NCBI RefSeq assembly: GCF_009914755.1
Contig: NC_060932.1
Origin: the human T2T-CHM13v2.0 reference genome, Homo sapiens
Length of the DNA: 64,000 bases
Strand: one strand, 5' to 3'
Shown here: positions 1 through 18,454 of the stretch, piece by piece
How positions within the stretch are numbered: position 1 is the stretch's first letter
Layout of the letters: every line of letters begins with the position of its first letter
Notes under the pieces: generated by a model
Seen by the model: only the letters and a program-made list of their open reading frames with translations
Databases searched by the model: none
What the model was told of the DNA's origin: nothing
Program-made: the position numbers and the translations under genes

Positions 1-2930
<2,930 letters not shown>

Positions 2931-2993
2931 TATGATGCTAGCTGGTTATTTTGCCCATTAGTTGATGCAGTTTCTTCATAGTGTCAATGGTCT

Positions 2994-4018
2994 TTACATT
3001 TTGGTATGTTTTTGCAGTGGCTGGTACCAGTTTTTCCTTTCCATATTTAGTGCTTCCTTCAGGAGCTCTTGTAAGGCAGGCCTGGTGGTGACAAAATCTC
3101 TCAGCATTTGCTTGTCTGTAAAGGATTTTATTTCTCCTTCACTTCTGAAACTTAGTTTCATTGGATATGAAATTCTGGGTTGAAAATTCTTTTCTTTAAG
3201 AATGTTGAATATTGGCCCCCACTCTCTTCTGGTTTGCAGGGTTTCTGCATTGAGATCCACTGTTAGTCTGATGGGCTTCCCTTTGTGGGTATCCAGACCT
3301 TTCTCTCTGGCTGCCCTTAACATTTTTTCCTTCATTTCAACTTTGGTGAATCTGACCGTTATGTGTCTTGAGGTTGCTCTTCTCGAGGAGTATCTTTGTG
3401 GTGTTCTCCATATTTCCTGAATTTGAATGTCAGCCTGTCATGCTAGGTTGGGGAAGTTCTCTTGGATAATATCCTGAAGTGTGTTTTCCAACTTGGTTCC
3501 ATTCTCCCCATCACTTTCAGGTACACCAATCAAATGTAGGTTTTCTCTTTTCACATAGTCCCATATTTCTTGGAGGCTTTGTTCATTCCTTTTCATTCTT
3601 TTCTCTTTAATCTTGTCTTCGTGCTTTGTTTCATTAAGTTGATCTTCAATCTCTTATATCCTTTCTTCCACTTGATCAATTCAGCTACTGATACTTGTGT
3701 ATGCTTCACAAAGTTCTCATGCTGTGTTTTTCAGCTCCATCAGGTCATTTATGTTCTTCTCTAAACTGGTTATTCTAGTTAGCACTTTCTGTAACCTTTT
3801 TTCAAGGTTCTTAGCTTCCTTGCATTGGGTTAGAACATGCTCCTTTAGCTTGGAGGAGTTTGTTATTACCCACATTCTGAAGCCTACTTCTGTCAATTTG
3901 TCAAACTCATTTTCTGTCCTGTTTTGTTTCCTTGCTAGCGAAGAGTTGTGATTCTTTGGAGGGAAGAGGCTTTCTGGTTTTTGGAATTTTCAGCCTTTTT
4001 GCTCTGGTTTTTCCTCAT
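2994..4018 (-). pseudogene. L1 ORF1p (RNA-binding chaperone), disrupted
   Basis: ATGAGGAAAAACCAG start at 4018. The C-terminal fragment 2994-3335 ends ...ALQELLKEALNMERKNWYQPLQKHTKM, typical of ORF1p. Confidence 0.88.
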
Positions 4019-4718
4019 CTTCATGGATTTATATACCTTTGGTCTTTGATGTTGGTGACCTTCGGATGGGGTTTTTGTGCGGTCATCCTTTTTGTTGATG
4101 TTGATGCTGTCGCTTTCTGTTAGTTTTCCTTCTAACAGTCAGGCCCCTCTTCTGCAGGTCTGCTGGAGTTTGCTGGAGGTCACTCCACACCCTGTTTACC
4201 TGGGTATCACCAGCAGAGGCTGCAGAACATCAAATATTGCTGCCTGCTCCTTCCTCTGGAAGTGCCCCAGAGGGGCACTTGCCAGATGCCAGCAGGAGCT
4301 CTCCTGTATGAGGTGTCTGTCGACCCCTGCTGGGAGGTGTCTCCCGATCAGGAGACTCAGGGGTCAGGGACCCACTTGAGGAGGCAGTCTGTCCCTTAGG
4401 AGAGCTCAAGCGCTGTGCTGGGAGATCCACTGCTCTCTTTAGAGTCAGCAGGCAGGAATATTTAAGTCTGCTGAAGCTGCACCCAGAGCCGCCCCTTCCC
4501 CTGGGTGCTCTGTCCCAGGGAGAGAAGAGTTTTATCTATAAGCCCCTGACTGGGGCTGCTGCCTTTCTTTCAGAGATGCCCTGCCCAGAGAGAAGGAATC
4601 TAGAGAGGCAGTCTGGCTACAGTGGCTTTGCTGAGCAGTGGTGGGCTCCACGTAGTCCAAACCTCCCAGTGGCTTTGTTTACACTGTAAGGGGAAAACCG
4701 CCTACTCAAGCCTCAGTA

Positions 4719-4820
4719 ATGGTGGACGCCCCTCCCCCCACCAAGCTCAAGTGTCCCAGGTCGACTTCAGACTGCTGTGCTGGCAGCAAGAATTTCATGC
4801 CAGTGGATCTTAGCTTGTAG
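4719..4820 (+). pseudogene. Truncated L1 ORF0 homolog in the antisense 5'UTR (33 aa)
   Basis: Translates as MVDAPPPTKLKCPRSTSDCCAGSKNFMPVDLSL*, similar to the primate L1 ORF0 N-terminus as I recall it (MAGAPPPASLPPCSLISDCCASN...). Confidence 0.65.
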
Positions 4821-7800
4821 GGCTTCTTGGGGGTGGGATCCACTAAGCAAGACCACTCAGCCCCCTGGTTTCATTCCCCTTTCCAGGCGAGTGAACAGTT
4901 CTGTCTCACTGGCTTTCCAGGTGTCACTGGGGTATGAAAATAACTCCTTCACCTAGCTGGGTGTCTGCCCTAATGGCCACCCAGTTTCGTGCTTGAAACC
5001 CAGGGCCCTGGTGGTGTAGGCTCCCAAAGGAATCTCCTGGTCTGCAGGCTGTGAAGACCACAGGAAAAGTGTAGTATCTGGGCTGGATAGCACCGTCCAT
5101 CATGGCATAGTCCCCCATGACTTCCCTTGGCTAGGGGAGGGCATTCCCCGACCCCTTGCACTTCCCAGGTGAGGCGACGCCCCACCCTGCTTCTGCTCAC
5201 CCTCTGTGGGCTGCACCCACTGTCTAACCAGTCCCAGTGAGATGAACTGGATACCTCAGTTGGAAATGCAGAAATCACCCACCCTCTGCATTGGTCTCGC
5301 TGGCAGCTGCAGACTGGAGCTCTTCCTATTTGGCCACCTTGCCCAGAAAAAAAATGTTGCCTATTCTTTATAGATTCTTTCCACTGCTCATATTTTCAAG
5401 CTTGTCTCTTACTTTATTAAATATGTTTACTATAGCGATCCAGAGTATTTTTAGGTCTGTTTCTGAAGTCTGTTCGTTCTGCTGTTGCTTTCTATCCTTG
5501 TGATTTTTTAACTATGAGCTGCTCAGTTTGCTTGAAAATTTATCTCTGGAAATTGCTTAAGGGCCTGGGATGACGATGGGTTCCTCCAGAGATAACCCAC
5601 ATTGGCTTCTGCCACACTCCTGGAGGCCTGTCATTATAAGTCTAACTTTAAATCACATTCATGGCTCAATGTTTTTTGAGCTGCTAATTCCGTTTAAATT
5701 CAGACTTCAAATTAGCATGAGGCCCACTGTGTGGCTAAAAATTCTGAGAGGACTTTTCCTCTGATTAGCACCAAGTTTTGAGACAATTAATTTCCTCTGC
5801 AGATAGGGGAGAGAGGAAGGATAAAACCAACCCCTTAGGGTCACCGCTTTTTAAAGAGAGGGTCTATTATTAATTTCCCACCTTGTACACACCCTGGGTT
5901 TTCTCCTGTTCCCTGTTTTCTATGAGGCCATGAAAAAAAAAAAAAGATTAAGTTTATCAGGATCAGCAACTCTACACAAAACATCATAAGCCCAATTGTG
6001 GTTCTCAGTAAGTAAAACCAGGTCACCCTCTGCTTTTACAATTACCATATTGTATATCTAAATGTCAAAAATTATCTGACCTACATTTTCAGTTTAGTGA
6101 TTTGACACAAATCCAAAGATGGTGTGTGTGTTTCAATAATACAGCCACTACTTCAGAGCTTCATAATTCAGTACAAAGGAGAAGGCACTAATGAGAGTCA
6201 GGGGCTGGGAAAACATTGTGTGATACATACAGGCAACATTCTCGATAATATCATAGAAGAAAAAAAGCTTAGATCTTAGACATCTCAAGTGCAGCCTCTT
6301 CGTTTTACAAATAAGGAAACAATAGATCAGAGATGCAATGTCATATAACATATTACACAGCTAATAAATGTCAGAGCCATGGTCAGAGATCATCTAACTT
6401 TCAACTTAGTCTTTCTTCCTCATAAAACTGTGGTTTCTAAACTTGAGTAGGTAGGATAAAACTTCCCCATGAGTCACTCCTCAAAGGTTCTTTGATCAAA
6501 TAAATTTAGGAAATTCTGCACACCATAACTCCCTCTTAGAGACTTAGAAGCCATACAACATACCTAGGGCTCAGAAACATTGTGAAGTAAAGAATTCTAC
6601 ATAACTATTACTTCACAAAGTAAGTTAACCATAAAAATCTTTTTCTACAGAATACTTGCTAATACTGTACAGGGCACTGGTGTTTCCCAAAGCGAATTAG
6701 GAAATGGTCCCTTGAAAAATCATCTCAGCTACTTTCTAAGTAGCATGAAACTCTGCAGTTATTACATCCCCAACAAAACAAAACAAAAAATCCTCCTGCA
6801 CATATTATTTTATTACATTTGAAGTTGGCATGCCTAGAGGCATAGATCAAAATTTTGCCTCATCAGTTATTTGAACTTTCAATTGTGTAAATAGAAAATT
6901 TTAATCTTTTAAAAATGAATTAGAGAGGACTTCCACTTCCAACTATAATGGATTACCTCTTATCAGACCACCTCTCCTACTAAAAACAATTCCCAATGTT
7001 GAATAGAATATTAGAAACAGCTGCTTAAAGATATCAGTAATCAGTTAAGGCAGCCAAAAGTTGCTGGGCCAAGACCCCAGGGAGGAGGGAAAGGCATTTC
7101 TGTGAGCCTTTCTTCTCTGCCAATTTGTAAATGAAGTAGAGTCAAGAAGCCAACCAAAACGTAACTTCTCAGAGCTTTTTGCAGTTTCATGGAGCTACAG
7201 AAACAAAAATTGAAGTTTTAGGTGACAAATAAGTCAGTACCTAAAGTCCTAAGATACTACAGAAAAGGAAACTACAGGTAAGAGGGCCCCATATTCTGTC
7301 TGTGTGACTTTTCTCAATGAAGAATTTGCTGATTCTCAAGTTGCACAATAAACAAAACAACAGCTAAGAGGAAAAAGCTAAGCAGAACTCTTAGGATTCT
7401 CACGGTGCTAGGAAACAAAAGTAGAGGTTAGGGCCTGACAAGAGAAGGGGCCCTAGTAAGCACAGAAGACTTTCCAATGACAGTCCTGAAGGGTTACTCT
7501 CTAGAAGACAAAAACTGGAAATATATTAGCCTTTAAAAAGACTGAAATCCAGCTTGGAATGGTATGATTTGCAACAGGATCAAGGTCATCTGTGACTTCT
7601 CTAACTGCTACAAGAAAAGTTAACCCTCTCTGAAAAAAAAAAAAAAAAGCCTCTACAATTTCTCATAGAGATATTCTGGCCTTGAATAAAAAGAAAATTT
7701 ACAGATATGCCAAGAGAAAGGACTGTATGACTAAAAACCAAAGGGAAAATTAGATAATAGGAATAGACCTACAAATGCTACAGATAATCACCGTCAGATA

Positions 7801-8389
7801 CAGACTTTTAAATCACTATCTTTGATATCTTCAACAAAATAGATGAAAATATAAAAATTTCACTAGAGAACTAGAATCTATAAAAGCATGAAATGAGAAT
7901 TATAAAACGAAAAAATGCAATTACTAAAAATAAAATCCCCATAGTGAAATTATCAGGAAACTAGATACAGCAAAATACAGGATTAGTAAATAAATGATAG
8001 GTCCATAGAAACTGATAGGCCGGTCTGCAGAACAGCAAGGGAAAAGAATGGAAAAATACTGAACAAAGGATAAGAAACATGGAAAGTGGTAGAAGGTCTA
8101 ACATATTGTAATTCACCTCCCAGAAGGAGAAGATAGAGAGAATAGGGTAAAAGCAATATTTGAAGAGATATTTAGGCTGAGAGCTACCTAAAATAAAGGC
8201 ATCAAACCACAAATTTTTAAAATTCTACAAATTTTAAGTAGAATAAATACAAAGAAAGCCATACCTAACCACATCATAGAAAAATTGTGATAAACAAAAC
8301 CAAAAGGATATCTTAAACCCACTTAGGATAAAATATGCATTACTTTCAAAGATAAGGTAATCTTTGCAGTTGACTACCAACAGAAATTA

Positions 8390-8812
<423 letters not shown>

Positions 8813-9152
8813 TCATCAGACCACCTAAAGGAAATACTAAAGCGAATTCTTTAGGCAGAGAAAAATGATCCTAGATGGAACATGGAAATACAGGAAAGAA
8901 TGAAGATCAATGGGAAGAATAACTTTATTGATACACCTAAATAAAAATTGACTGCAAAAAAAATGATAAAGATACTTTGATTTTAAATATATGTATAACA
9001 AAAATACGTGACAAAAATAGCAAATTCAGAAAGCAATAAAAACAATTGAAGAATACTAACATTCTTGCATTATTTGATAAATGGTAGCAGTACTAATTTA
9101 TAATGTGCTCTAATAATTCAAGGTTGTATATCATAGTCTATTGAATAATTTA

Positions 9153-9580
<428 letters not shown>

Positions 9581-10485
9581 AGCGATAAGTAGAAAAAAAG
9601 GACAGGACAAATATTACAAATACAACAATAATTACATTGTTAATATATGAAATGTACTTTAAAAACAAAGCTTGTTAGATTATATTGTAGATAACCAATT
9701 ACATGCTGATGACATTAAATGGGGGAACAAAGTTGATGTAGCTTTAGTAATGTCAAACAATGTAAACTTTAATGCAAGAAGATTATCAGAAATAGAGACA
9801 TTTTATAATGAAAAAGCATCAATCCACTAAAAAAGACAAAACAATCTCAAATTTGTTTGCATCTAATAGCATTGCCTTAAAACATATAAAACGAAACTTA
9901 AAACCTAAGGGAGAAATAGAAAAATTTACGATCACAGTTGGTATTTTAATACATCTCTCTTAGTAACTGAAAGAACAGACAATGAATTAGCAAAGATATG
10001 AAAGAGTTCAACAACACAAATAATGAATCTGATCTAAATAGCACATACAGAACGCTCTGCCCAAAAAACTGAAAGATACACTCATTTTTCAAGTGCATAT
10101 AGAACATTTACTTAAACTGACTATAAACTGGGCTGAAAAGAAAGTCTTAATAAATTTTCTAAAATTAAAATTATATAAAATGTTTTCTGACTTCATTAAA
10201 AGAAAGCCATAAATACATAATAAAAATACAGTTAGACTATATACATTTAGAAATTTTAAAATATATTTATAAATGACCCATGGGATCAGAGAGAAATAAA
10301 AACAGACATTGGAAAATAACTTTAACTGATTAATAAGATTATAACATATCGAAACTTGTGAGATGCAGCCCAAGGTGTGTTTACAGATAAATATATAGTC
10401 TTAAAATCATGTATTAGAAGGGAATTAAGCTTGAAATTTAATGATCTAAATATCCATCTCAGGAAAGTTTTAAAAGACATAAAGA

Positions 10486-10825
10486 TCATGTCTTTCTCAG
10501 GGACATGAATGGAGCTAGAAGCCGTTATTCTTGGCAAACTAACTCAGGAACAGAAAAGCAAACACCGTATGTTCTCACTTATAAGTGGGAGCTGAATGAT
10601 AAGAACACATAGACACATGTTGGAGAACAACACACACTGGGTCCTGTCGGGGGTGGTGGTGGGGAGAGGGAGAGCATCAGGAAGAAGAGCTAATGCATGC
10701 TGGGCTTAATACCTAGGTGATGGGTTGATCTGTGCACGTGTTTACCTATGTAACAAGCCCTCACATCCTATACACGTACACCAGAATTTAAAATAAAAGT
10801 TGAAGAAAAAAAAGAAATGGAAAAA
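10486..10825 (+). mobile_element. 5'-truncated L1PA/L1PB 3'-end fragment inserted in the older L1
   Basis: L1 3' sequence (ATGTTCTCACTTATAAGTGGGAGCTGAA..., G-rich tract, AATAAA, A tail). 14-bp TSD AAAAGACATAAAGA at 10472-10485 and 10826-10839, at a TTTT/AAAA site. Confidence 0.9.
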
Positions 10826-11732
10826 AAAAGACATAAAGAACAGAAAATTAATGAAACAGAAAACAAATTCAGAGAAAACTTACAGAGACAAAAGTTGGTT
10901 CTTTAAATAGAACTTTATAAACTCTATAAACCCCTAGCAAGAATGAAGGAAAAAAAGAGAGAAAACACAAATTACCAATATCAGAAATGAAAACAGAGAC
11001 ATCATTTCAGATCTAATAGATATTTAAAAGGTAATATGTGTATATTACAAACAATTTTATGCCAATACAATTGAAAATTTAGATGAAATGGGCAAAGTCC
11101 TTGAAAAACTTAATTTACCAAACTGACTCAAAAAGAAATAGACATATAGCAATAGAAATATGAATAGCCCTATATTTATGAAAGAAATTGAATAATACAG
11201 AGCTTCCCACTTTAAAAAACAAGCTCATTTTAAAATGCAAATCTGGATGGCTTCACCAATTTTTCTAAACATTTAAAAAATAATGTTAAATTTATACATA
11301 TTCTTCCAGATAAAGAAATAAAATAGTCTGTATGTCCCCATTTGTATCATGAAGCCAGGATAAACTTGATACTAAACCTCACAGAAAACAATTAACAACA
11401 AAATCCCTCTCATGAAATAAATACAATGTTAGCAAATCCAATTCAACAGTAGGTAAACATATCATACAACACAATCAAGTTGGATTTATTTCAGGAATGG
11501 AAGGTTGGTTTAACATTCCAAATCATCTTTCTAATTTTAATCTCAATAGATACAGATAAAGTATTTAATAAATTCAACATTCATTTACTATAAAAATTCA
11601 ACAACTAGGCACAGAGGTGAATTTCGTGATAAAGTAAATTTCCTGATTAAGTAAATTTATCTTATGAAGGTGTATACAAAATGCCGACAGCCAGCACCAT
11701 TATTGTTTTGAGTTATTAAGCCATTGGATAAT

Positions 11733-12442
11733 TGTTAGGTTTGAAGCCCATCCTTGTTTACTTTTCTTTGTTATTGGGGGCCAGGACTCTGCAAATCACA
11801 TTTTCACTTTGCCAGCAGAATCCATGTTCAGCTGTGCCAATAAGGGGCATAAGAGGGAGGCTCCAAGGCTGGAGGAGGAAAAAGGTTTTCTCCCTCCTGT
11901 TTGCTTTCCATTTATGTTTGTATTAATGCACCAGAAGTTCTTCATCCTGACAGCAACAGTTGTTCCTAATAGTGGCTGTTGGTGCCACTCTGCAGTTTTT
12001 TCCTACTTTAGAATCTGTCTCACCATGCCCCTCCAGGGATCCCAAGACCAACTCTGGAGTTGCTCCTTCCCAAGACCTAAGACTAGCCCTGGAGTTACTC
12101 CCTCCTTCAAGATTGGAACCCCAGCTCCAAGGAACCCTCTTCAAGGTTCCCAAGCACCAGCACCAATCAGGCAGTGAGTGACCTGCACCCAGAGGTCTAT
12201 GATCTGAATCCATGGAGACCCTCATCTAAGCTTTTAAGTTTTATGACTATCAACCTCTTCTCTTTGTTTTCCCAGCACTGGACTAGTAGCTGTTTCCTGT
12301 TGTAACAACAACCTCTGTGATACCTACTGTCCTCTCTGCCTTTTCTCTTCTCTGAAATGTGGTTAACAATTCTTCAAATTAAATTCTCCCTCTTAAAATA
12401 ACTGGCATGGTTTCTGTGTCTTAACTGATGCTGACTGATATA
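11733..12442 (+). mobile_element. ERVL solo LTR (LTR33-like)
   Basis: Starts TG and ends ...TGGTTTCTGTGTC...CTGACTGATATA. Internal CTCTGCAAATCACATTT...GCCAATAAGGGGC resembles LTR33. It interrupts the A-rich L1M. Confidence 0.65.
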
Positions 12443-14270
12443 ATGCATAATGGTAAAATTTTGAAATCTCCTCCCAGTGAAAATGAGAATTAGCAAGGAC
12501 ACTGCTGACATCTCTTCTATGAAGCAATATTCTGAGAGACCCAGCCAGGACAGTAAGACCAGAAAAAAAAAGTAAAAGGTAGGAAGATTGGGAAAGAAAT
12601 AAAATTCTTATGACAATGTGATTGTATGCACACATTGTATACAAAAAGATGTACCTATAAATTATTAAAATAAATAAGTGGACTTAGCAAGATTGATAGA
12701 TAAACATATCCAGGGCAATATAGAAAAATAAATTGTATTTCCAAATACTAGCAACAAATCATGACAAAATAAAAAAATTTTTAAGGTAATATTTATATTA
12801 AAATTATGCAATCGCTATAAATTTAACAAAAGATGAACAAAGAATTATTGACAGAAATTTCAAAAAACCTAAGAAAACAAAAGGATTGCATCCACTGACC
12901 AAGAATACCACTTTGTATTTCTGCGAGTAGAAAATAAACTTCAACTGTGCTAAGCCAATGAAATCTAGGGATTTATTTGTTATATGTGGTGTTAGACTCC
13001 ATACATATATTAAAATCACAAATGTTGTGGCTAAAAATGCAATCCAATATGACATTATTTTCTCAGAGATCAATTATTTGTTTAGCCCCTCAAATGAGGC
13101 TGTTATTAGATTTCATTTTAAAGAGTTTTAATTAAAAATCAGTCTTTTTCTTCAGCTTTCACTCTACTCATTTCAACAAACTGAGAGGCTTTCCTATTTG
13201 TTAGGCTTCAAGGATAAGTTGAGCCAAACTGGTCCCAACCCCATTCTCATGACCAAGGGAAGAAACCCTGGGAGGAACACCACTTTCATCATCTTTCTTT
13301 CCTAAATCTCTTACACAGTTTTATTAAAGGGCAGAGTATCAGAGACAAATTTGCCTCCCTTGCCTACTGGTCCTTTAGAGTATCTGCTCTAATCCTTAGC
13401 TTCTGGGCAGATGATCATGTGATCCTCCCCCACCCCACAGCCAGGTGGTGTGTAACCAAAAGCCAGTGATTTATGGGTTCACCAAACAAAAAAGGTTCTT
13501 TCTTCTGGGACTGGAAGGTTATTCATATCCATTTTAAGCCACATTCATACCAATAAGAAAGCAAGGAAACCAGTCTACAAAGAGAAGCCAGAGAGTAGTG
13601 CTCCTGTCTAGAAAAAAGCAGGAGCATGTAAGCATTTGGAGAGAAAGAACAAGAGAGACCACCTCACAGTTTTCTACCTCCTTTTGAGGCTTAGCTATAC
13701 TTCCTGAACATGAATCCCATCAGACTTCCCTGTAAGCTTCCAATAAGCCCCTTTCCCCTTGAGCTAATTTGAGTTGGCTTTGGTCGTTTGTAACAAAATA
13801 GACCCTGATTAAGGCAGAGAGTGTTATGACAGTATTTAGCCAGGAGTCTAAAGAAGAGATGAATCCTGTCTTCTCTCAGTTATCCTTCTGTCAAAGTACA
13901 ATTTTCAAAATATTAAAAATCTAATTTTCATGTGGATAGATAAGTGAGCACATGTCAAAGTTTTATTCAACTCATTAATGAGAGAAGCAGGATGACAAAG
14001 CCAGTGCGAAAGAAGAGATGAGAAAATAGGACTTCTGCAGTCAGAGGGAAGAAAAGGATTCCAAAGTAAAACTGCAAAGTCAGACACAAAATTAGTTAGT
14101 GTCCAAGAGAGCAGTAAAGCCATAATATTTGCAATTGTCTTCTCTACAGGACAGAAAATTAAAATTATCACCACCTTTCTACTATTATAAACAACCGAGC
14201 CCAAATCAATGTACAAACTATGTTGTATTCCCCTGGAGTGTAAGAAAACACTTAGGCAAGCTTCTCAAGA

Positions 14271-14415
14271 TCAATGCTTCTCAAACTGAAAATACAGACT
14301 CCTAGGCCCTGCCCCCAGAAATTCTGGTTCAGTAGGTCTTGGGCAGGGCCTGGGAATTTGCATTTCAACAAGTTCCCAGGTGACATCATTAGTCAGCAAG
14401 CCACACTTGCAGTAA
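14271..14415. mobile_element. MER5A-like hAT-Charlie MITE
   Basis: Palindromic core GGCCCTGCCCCCAGAAATTCTGGTTCAGTAGGTCTTGGGCAGGGCC followed by GGAATTTGCATTTCAACAAGTTCCCAGGTGA. Confidence 0.75.
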
Positions 14416-14940
14416 CATAGCCTTAGATGACATTGCAAAGTCATACAGTAATCCTTTTGCTTTATTTCCAAGTTTTGCATAATTTTCTTAACACTCCACT
14501 CAAGGTCCCCAGGGGAAATCTAAGCCTCCAGATGACAAAAAGCAAAATAAGGCTAAATAACACTTCACTCTTGGCTGAAAATTTGAGTCCAAAACTGAAT
14601 GAAGAACTTAGATGAACAAAATGAGGTCATAGGGAGGAGTCTGTTCCTACGTTGAACAAATGCAGGTCCTTGACTATTTTCCCCAAAGCTCATATTTGAG
14701 ATCTTCATGTTACCATTGCAGTGCAAGGAAAAATTGATTCAAGCTACACCACCAAAGAAAAGAAACTAAAGAGAAAGGGAGACAGCAAATTCCTTCCAAA
14801 ATCAAGAACGAAGCTGGCCTAGGCTGTCTTCCCAGAGGGACCTCAGTTTGGTGTCAAAGTAGAGGATAGCACTTCTAAAGGGGAAGAGAAGAGGCAACAG
14901 GCCTTCTCCCAAGGGAGCAGTCTGAGATTATTGTGGCTCC

Positions 14941-15141
14941 AAGGGATAAAGTCACCGGATAAATTATAGGAGACACAACTAAATTTGAATTTCACATAAA
15001 CAATAAATAATTTGTTAGTGTAAGTATGTCTCAAATATTGCACAGGATATACTTACGCTAAAAAAAATTACTCACTGTTTATCTGATATTCAAATGTAAC
15101 TGGGCATCCTGTATGTTTCTTTGCTAAATCTGTCAGCCCTA
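14941..15141. mobile_element. MER3-like hAT MITE
   Basis: AAATTTGAATTTCACATAAACAA...TGTTTATCTGATATTCAAAT internal inverted repeats typical of MER3. Confidence 0.7.
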
Positions 15142-15884
15142 GCAAGAGAATATCTCAACAGGGCCACATCACGTGCAATGGCCTTGTAGCACAGGATACA
15201 AACTCGAATGCCTATGGGTGCCAGGAGGATGGTATAATTCAATCAATTACATTGCAGCAAATCTGGGCCTGCATGCTGCTCAACAGGTGCAGCCACCATA
15301 CAGTTCCAGCCCATTTCCTGGAAAAGGGTTGTAGGCTCGGTGTTACTGGGTCTGATATTTCAAGATATGCCAAAAATTTAGCTTTATGTAAAATCTTCCA
15401 ATGTTTGGCTGTTGGGACGTAATTCCATTTCTTAAAACATTGAGCAGAAATAAGAATCTCAACCCCCTATAGATTTCACTCAGTTAGTTTTTTCTCAAAT
15501 CTCACCAAAGCAGGTCAAAACTTCTCTTCCTGGGTATATATCCTGGTCTTGAGACATTGCCAAGGAGACAGAAAGAGAAAAAGAGGAGGCCAATTTGTCC
15601 AAACTTCCCAAGAGGAGAAAATAACCTTAAACTTCTCCCAGATACTAACCCCCCAGTTTTTCTTTCTTGCTTTGGTTAGTCTTTTTTTAAAAAGGTTATT
15701 GGACACTTGGTGGTTAGCCCACCCAGCTGTGCTGCTGGCCTTCATTGGTAGCCACTCCTGACACAAGGGTTTCAGTCACATCTTTCTTACACTCCCTATT
15801 TACACAACAGGGTTATTGAGATAAGGAAATTACTTACATCTATTTGTGTGCCTAGTACAGTGCTTTGCACAGAGTGGAAGATAA

Positions 15885-16500
15885 TTGATAGTGATGAATT
15901 CTTTTAGCTTTTGTATATCTGAAAACATCTTTATTTCACCATCATTATCTAAAAAATAATTTTCATTGGTATAGAATTCCAGGTGGACAGGCTGGGTTTT
16001 TTCAGTACTATATTTTAAAAATGTTACCCAACTCTCTACTTACATGCATTGCTTGTGACAATTAATTTGTTGTCATTCTTATTTTTGTACAAAATATGTC
16101 ATTTTCTCTGTCTGCTTTTATAATTTTCTTTTTATCACTGGTTTTCAGAAGTTTGATAATAATGTCCTTTGGTGTCGTTTATGCTTCTTGTACTTGAGGT
16201 TTGTTGAGATTCTTGGATCCTTGGGTTTATAGTTTTCAATAAATTTGGGAATTTTTAAGTTATTATTTCTTAAATAATCTTTCTGTTCCCCTGTGCCTCC
16301 ATCAGGAACTGCAATTATGCACACATTCAGCCACCTAAAGTTGTCCCACAGCTCAGATGCAATATTCTTTTTTTTTAATTCTTTTCTCTTTGTGTGTTCC
16401 ATTTTGGGTATTCTCTATTGCTATGGCTTCAAGTTCACTAATCTTTTCTTCTGTGTTTTCTAATCAGGTATTAATATCATTCAGGTATTAATATCATCTT
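15885..16500 (-). mobile_element. Old L1M ORF1-region fragment
   Basis: T-rich strand. ORF 16145-16402 (ELWDNF...NVCIIAVPDG) resembles the L1 ORF1 motif. Confidence 0.7.
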
Positions 16501-16894
16501 GGATTCTGTTTTCATCTGATATGGAGAAGCATTGGATCTGAGTGGGACACATCCTCTCTAATGCACCCTGCCTTTTCCGCTGCTCCAAATTTCACACAAG
16601 CGTCAGAAAAATTCAAGACAATCTAGAAAATCTAAGTACAAATACAAAAAGGAAAGTGTTTTCTTTCAAAGCTGTGAATTATATAAAGTGAGTAAGCTCA
16701 ATAAACATTTGCAGAAGTGGGAACATGTGTTAGTTCATTCTTGCATTGCTATAAAGAAATACCTGAGACTAGGTAATTTATAAGGAAGAGAAGTTTCTTT
16801 TAGTTCATGGGTTCTGCAGTCTGTACAAGAAGCATGATGTCAGTATCTGCTTCTGGGGAGGCCTCAGGAAGCTTACAATCATAGTGGAAGGTAA

Positions 16895-17401
<507 letters not shown>

Positions 17402-17739
17402 TAAGCCATTCATGAAAGATCTGCCCCCATGATCCAATCACCTCCTACCAGGCCCCATCTCCAAAACTGGGGATCACATTTCAACATGAGATTTGGAGGG
17501 GACAAAACTAAATCAGAGTGAGATGGGCAGAAGGGACCAACATTCCACCTCTTGTTTGGAGGGCTCCTGTTTCATTCCTTCTAGGAGGGTGGAAAACCTT
17601 CAAAATGAGATCTGCTGTTCCGCTTTCACTCTGTGCTTCCTTTGTGAGAGGACAGGGAAGGAACTGGAGTGGGGAGCTGGGACAGAATGAAAGGGAAAAC
17701 CCTTTCTAATCCATCTTCTTGCTCTCAAGCTGCAGGGTC

Positions 17740-17960
17740 AGGTAGACCTAGGATTGAATCCCAACTGTGCCCCATACCAGTTATTTCACCTTGGCAAGTT
17801 ATTACCTCTCTAAGCCCCAGATCTTCATCTTCAAAATAGGAATAATATTGCTGGCCTCATGGTACTGTTGAGAAATAAATTAGGTCATGTTGAACAATGC
17901 AAGTAACGCAATTAGCACAGTGGTTGACATGGAGAAATTAACATTCCATACATGTTTGTT
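17740..17960 (+). mobile_element. MIR SINE
   Basis: GGATTGAATCCCAACTGTGCC...CCTTGGCAAGTTATTACCTCTCTAAGCCCCAG...AAAATAGGAATAATA matches the MIR core. Confidence 0.7.
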
Positions 17961-18454
17961 GTATGGTCATCACCCTCATTTTTGTTACTGTCATCACCAG
18001 GACCATGTGATTAAAGATGAAAATCTAAATGAACCGCCAGCACAGATCTAATTTTGGAGGTTGGAATTACAGGTCATTTTTATTTTCTAACTCTATTTAA
18101 TATGAAGATTTATTTGCTTTTCTAAACAGAAAACAAAAGATAAGTTATTTTTAAAAGTTGACCAGTGTCCTTTTGGGATTCCCTTTATCGTACACTGGTG
18201 AAAGCTATCTTTGTATTTCTTACCTCTCTCTGCTCAAAGAAGGAACAGTTATGTAGGCTGCAAGCACCCACAGCAGCCCTATAAAGGTAGCCATGCTTCC
18301 TACAAATCTGAGAGCTGCAGAGAATGAAACACCCCTCTCCTGCCCTGATGCATTCCAGATTTGGCCACAGGCTCTCTAGACACCAGAAAGAAACAGAGGC
18401 TCCAGACTGGCTTGGTTACTATGAAATGAAGTGCAAGAATACTTGACTCCAACT

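Noticed and set aside
16464-16497. 17-bp tandem duplication TCAGGTATTAATATCAT x2 (similar short duplications at ~11620-11658 and ~25017-25040)
   Set aside because: Ordinary slippage duplications, common in mammalian DNA.
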